Shown here one piece after another: positions 60,143 through 64,000 of a stretch of DNA of 64,000 nt. The notes beneath the pieces were generated by a model. That model did no database searches and was not told the origin of the DNA. It worked only from the letters and a program-made list of their open reading frames with translations. The translations under genes and the position numbers were made by a program. The stretch comes from Macrostomum lignano. Lineage: Eukaryota. Each line of letters opens with the position of its first letter. The stretch's first letter is position 1. The stretch covers positions 408,845-472,844 of the forward strand of contig NIVC01000561.1 of NCBI GenBank assembly GCA_002269645.1. Direction: 5' to 3'.

Positions 60143-61150
60143 TGGAAAGAAAAACTGTTACTGAGTTTCGGCCAATGTCTGTATGTTAATGGCGCTGAAG
60201 GAAGACAGCAAGCAAAGCTGATGATGGGTGGATGGGTAATACATACTTAGGAAGTGACATATTGGGGTCGCACTAATCCCTACACAATACCTTAGTTTTT
60301 TTCAGTTATTTAGAGGCAGGGGGCTGTGTGCACCCTAGCGCACTTTAGGTGACATTGTCTGCCAATTCCACCGACTCCCCTGAGCAGGCACACAAGCGCG
60401 CGGATACGTAAGCAGTCATACGCACAGGCACACACTCACACAGGAGTGTACAGCAGCCCTAACTTTATTTATCGTTAGGCATGTACACTTCACTGGGCCT
60501 TGGGGGTTGGCCCTCAATATGGGCGTTAATTGCACGAGCAGAGCCAAGCCGAGATTCCAATTAAGCCCCAAATTAATGCGACTGCACTTGGAATCGAGCC
60601 TGGGTCGCTGGCATATCAAAGCGCCGCGCTGGACCTCTGGGCTGTATCCCGGACCTTCGTTATCTTCAACACGATGAAAAGTCCTTTTCTTAGTACGAGC
60701 TAAAATAAAAGAGACATAACTATTCAAGATTAAGCTTAGAACCAGATTTAGATTGTATTTTTATTAGAGTTAAAAAAGTGCGCAAATGTGCAATGGAACA
60801 AAAGATATGAGCTATAATATAGCCAAGTGTATAAAATCTCAATATTACAACAATCGATAAAAACTATTCAGCAAGTATCTTGTGGCATAGACTGATATTA
60901 GACTATTAGTGGCAATTATTAATTAATAATAAATATGCTAATATTGCTGTACAAAACATTATGCCGCTTTTGCTAATTCAGACTGATCGCTGAGAAAAAT
61001 ACTACACGATTTCGATTGCAACACAAAAAACACTTAGTAGGCAAACAGTAGAGTATACGGCGCATGTGCGTTATAATTTACAAATTGAATCAAAAGATAT
61101 AATCAATATAATAAAATAAGAACTATTAGGCCCGGTTGTCATGCCTGAGG

Positions 61151-64000
61151 TCACGGCTTGGGTCCCGCATAGTCGGTGGCGGGCAGCAATCGGTGCCAAC
61201 GGCAGATTTGGGTGCCGCCAAAGTCCAGCATGTCCTGCCAGTGAGCCTGTTCCTCCTCGCCGCTGCTTTGCGACCTGGCAACAAAATGTTACGAGAATAA
61301 TATGAAAAGCATAAAAATTCTTTAATAAAATGACCTACACATAATAAAGTGCCTTTTAAGCCACTTAAAACACTATTTCCCAAAAAACTATTTTTAGATA
61401 CATATTGGTAGCTGGGGTCGCCATCATAAACCCGAAAAATCACAACTCCGAAAGCACTTCCATCATAAACCCGAAATATCGTAAACCCGAAATATTACAA
61501 ACCAGAAATATCATAACTCCGAAAAACAAAATAGCATTGCCCATCATAAACCCGAAATATCATAACTCCGAAAACCAAACTAGTGTTGGACATTGCTAGA
61601 ACTTTCGGAGTTATGATATTTCGGGTTTATGATATTTCGGGTTTATGATGGGCAATGCTATTTTGTTTTTTTCGGAGTTGTGATTTTTCGGGTTTGTGAT
61701 GCCCCCCCCCCGGGTAGCTTCAAATGCGCAGATTCGGTACATATCGGTAGTTTTAATTTACAGAAGCAATACATATCGATGGCTTTTAATTTAGAAAATC
61801 GATACATATCGGTGGCTTTTAATTTAGAAAATCGATACATATCGTGGCTTTTAATTTACAAAATTGATACATATCCGTAACTTTAAAGTCATATAATGAT
61901 ACATATCTCTGCCTATAAATTAACATAATCGATACATATCGGTAGCTTCAGATTTGCATAATCGATACATATCGGTAGCTTCAGATTTGCATAATCGATA
62001 CATATCGGTAGCTTCAGATTTGCATAATCGATACAGCTCGGTAGTTTACAATTTCACAATTTAATACGAATCGATAGCTCCAAATAAAAAATCGATACAT
62101 ATCGGCAGCTAATAAAACATATGGCAAAAGAAAGAGCCTCACCCAGAGCAACCAGCCGAGCATTTCCTGTCGGTTCAAAATCGGCTTCCTAACAAAGACG
62201 CATACAAAGACTGACGCGTCAACCAGTTGGAATTTGTTCAGTGGAAACACAAATTCTCCTTCCACATTGGATGCGGCGTTCCACTGGCGCAGCTGGTCTT
62301 GCAGCGAACAGAGCCTGGCCAGTTGATGCGAACTCCAGGCACAGCTTCACCATGGTGTCTGCAAGGATTCCCACGTGGTTTTTGTGCTTGGAGCAGTGAG
62401 AGCAGCCAATCACAACACAGGAGATTAGATACAGCAGCCAATCACAGCACAGGAGATAAGCTACAGCAGCCAATCACAGCACAGCACTACAGATAAGGCA
62501 TTTCAGGCAAGCACATCACCTCAAACACATCTTACCTGGTGGCTTGCCTATGCTGCTCTGCCGCCTTAATCCGCTGCCCTTGAGCACCTCGATTCCCAAT
62601 TGACCAGTCAATTGATTGTACGTCAATCCAATAAAAAGTTCTGATTGTCCTATTAGACTGCTTAGCGATTGAGCAGCAGCCGTTGCAGCGGCAGCATTAG
62701 TGGCACCCGACACAATCTTGCCAGCCTCAGAGGCATCGGCGATGCTCCCAGCGCCCAAGTCGCCATCGTTATCACCACCCTGGCCTGCGATACTCGAAGT
62801 CTCCGAGAAGCCCGTATCCGAGTCCTGCAATAAAATAGCGCTCCTTATCACTTTCAAGCACAATAGTGGAAAAATAATGACAAAATGTTTATATTTCTAC
62901 TTAGAGTAGATAAACCGCGCATTGTTATACTTTATTAGATTACGCTTGGCTCATCATACCCAAGCGGACTGATCGGCGGATGGGATCAAAGGCAGTCGAA
63001 TAATTCCTGAATTTTGCCCAGATGCTGCCCAAGATCGCGATGGCGCGTTTGTGTGACAAGCGGCTGCACTCTTGAGCTCGGCTGCGGCTAAGCAACTCGA
63101 TGCTAGCAGGCACCGCCTGGACTCAACGTACGGGCAGGCGTACAGCCGGAGTCGGAGAGTGAGCAGCGGCAGGTCGGCTGTGGTAAATTAAAATATGAAT
63201 CATTCATTTCTAATTGCCTTTGACTTGATTTTGCATCCACTACGGGAAGCAGGACAGGTGCAGTGAGATGAAGGATCTGGATGAGCAGGACAGGTGCAGT
63301 GAGATGAAGGATCTGGATGAGCAGGACAAGTGCAGTGAGATGAAGGATCTGGAGCAGGACAGGTGCAGTGAGATGAAGGATCTGGATGAGCAGGACAGGT
63401 GCAGTGAGATGAAGGATCTGGAGCAGGACAGGTGCAGTGAGATGAAGGATCTGGATGAGCAGGACAGGTGCAGTGAGATGAAGGATCTGGATGAGCAGGA
63501 CAAGTGCAGTGAGATGAAGGATCTGGAGCAGGACAGGTGCAGTGAGATGAAGGATCTGGATGAGCAGGACAGGTGCAGTGAGATGAAGGATCTGGAGCAG
63601 GACAGGTGCAGTGAGATGAAGGATCTGGAGCAGGACAGGTGCAGTGAGATGAAGGATCTGGAGCAGGACAGGTGCAGTGAGATGAAGGATCTGGAGCAGG
63701 ACAGGTGCAGTGAGATGAAGGATCTGGAGCAAGGACAGGTGCAGTGAGATGAAGGATCTGGATGAGCAGGACAGGTGCAGCTGAGATGAAGGATCTGGAG
63801 CAGGACAGGTGCAGTGAGATGAAGGATCTGGAGCAAGGACAGGTGCAGGACAAGCCAGCCTCACCGCACTGCACAGCCTCGAAGCTGAGGGCATCGCCGA
63901 ACACGGACACGCCGCCAGCCTCGCCCCCGATGCCAGCCGTGCGAGTGCCGCGCAGCCCGCCTGACTTCGCCAGCATCCGTAGACAGCAGCGCCACCACCT
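61151..64000 (-). CDS. Synaptotagmin-14/16-like tandem C2 protein, 5'-truncated by the window end; four 1-nt frameshifts in the C2B exons (error or pseudogene)
   Basis: Exons >=64000-63865, 63177-62960, 62824-62536, 62358-62143, 61274-61151. C2A: LTLRLRLY. C2B: ELFIGLTYNQLTGQLGIEVLKG, PPDTMVKL, RCKTS...HPMWKE, FVF...FQL.D, QEMLGW, SSGEEEQAHWQDM...QICRWHRL. These segments lie in successive reading frames. Confidence 0.85.
61414..61712. mobile_element. Foldback-type MITE with internally repetitive arms and 7-bp TSD
   Basis: Left arm CATCATAAACCCGAAAAATCACAACTCCGAAA vs right arm TTTCGGAGTTGTGATTTTTCGGGTTTGTGATG. GGTAGCT lies at 61407-61413 and 61713-61719. Confidence 0.7.
61730..62105. repeat. 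33-bp intronic minisatellite (Syt last intron)
   Basis: Unit ATCGATACATATCGGTAGCTTCAGATTTGCATA; a first unit remains left of the MITE at ~61395-61413. Confidence 0.85.
63250..63850. repeat. 33/36-bp intronic minisatellite (Syt intron)
   Basis: Unit GAAGGATCTGGA(TGA)GCAGGACAGGTGCAGTGAGAT. Confidence 0.95.

Overview
Eukaryotic (animal) genomic DNA with GC-rich exons and GT-AG introns, most of which are filled by their own minisatellite. The style suggests a free-living flatworm such as Macrostomum, but that is inference only. I hand-spliced nine protein-coding genes. On +: a cytosolic-type sulfotransferase with a mitochondrial-looking N-terminus, a TMPPE-like metallophosphoesterase, an Amt ammonium transporter, an unassigned ~718-aa multipass membrane protein, a small coiled-coil protein and a PIM kinase. 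On -: a small protein with possible microtubule-binding motifs, a PLEKHG1/3-like DH-PH RhoGEF and LACTB. A tenth gene, a synaptotagmin-14/16-like tandem-C2 gene on -, is cut by the window end and carries four 1-nt frameshifts. Mobile DNA: a near-intact 5.4-kb APE-RT-RNaseH non-LTR retrotransposon (LOA/R1-like, TAATG-coupled ORFs, (TAAG)n tail) inserted with a TSD into an intronic 31-bp minisatellite, three TIR/foldback non-autonomous elements with TSDs, and a possible Helitron-type element. Most long ORF-track entries are translations of tandem repeats, not genes. The best leads are minisatellites that copy their neighbouring splice junction, an operon-like SULT-TMPPE junction, the possible mitochondrial sulfotransferase, and the TAATG-coupled retroelement sitting in a minisatellite. 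No CRISPR, rRNA or tRNA was recognised.
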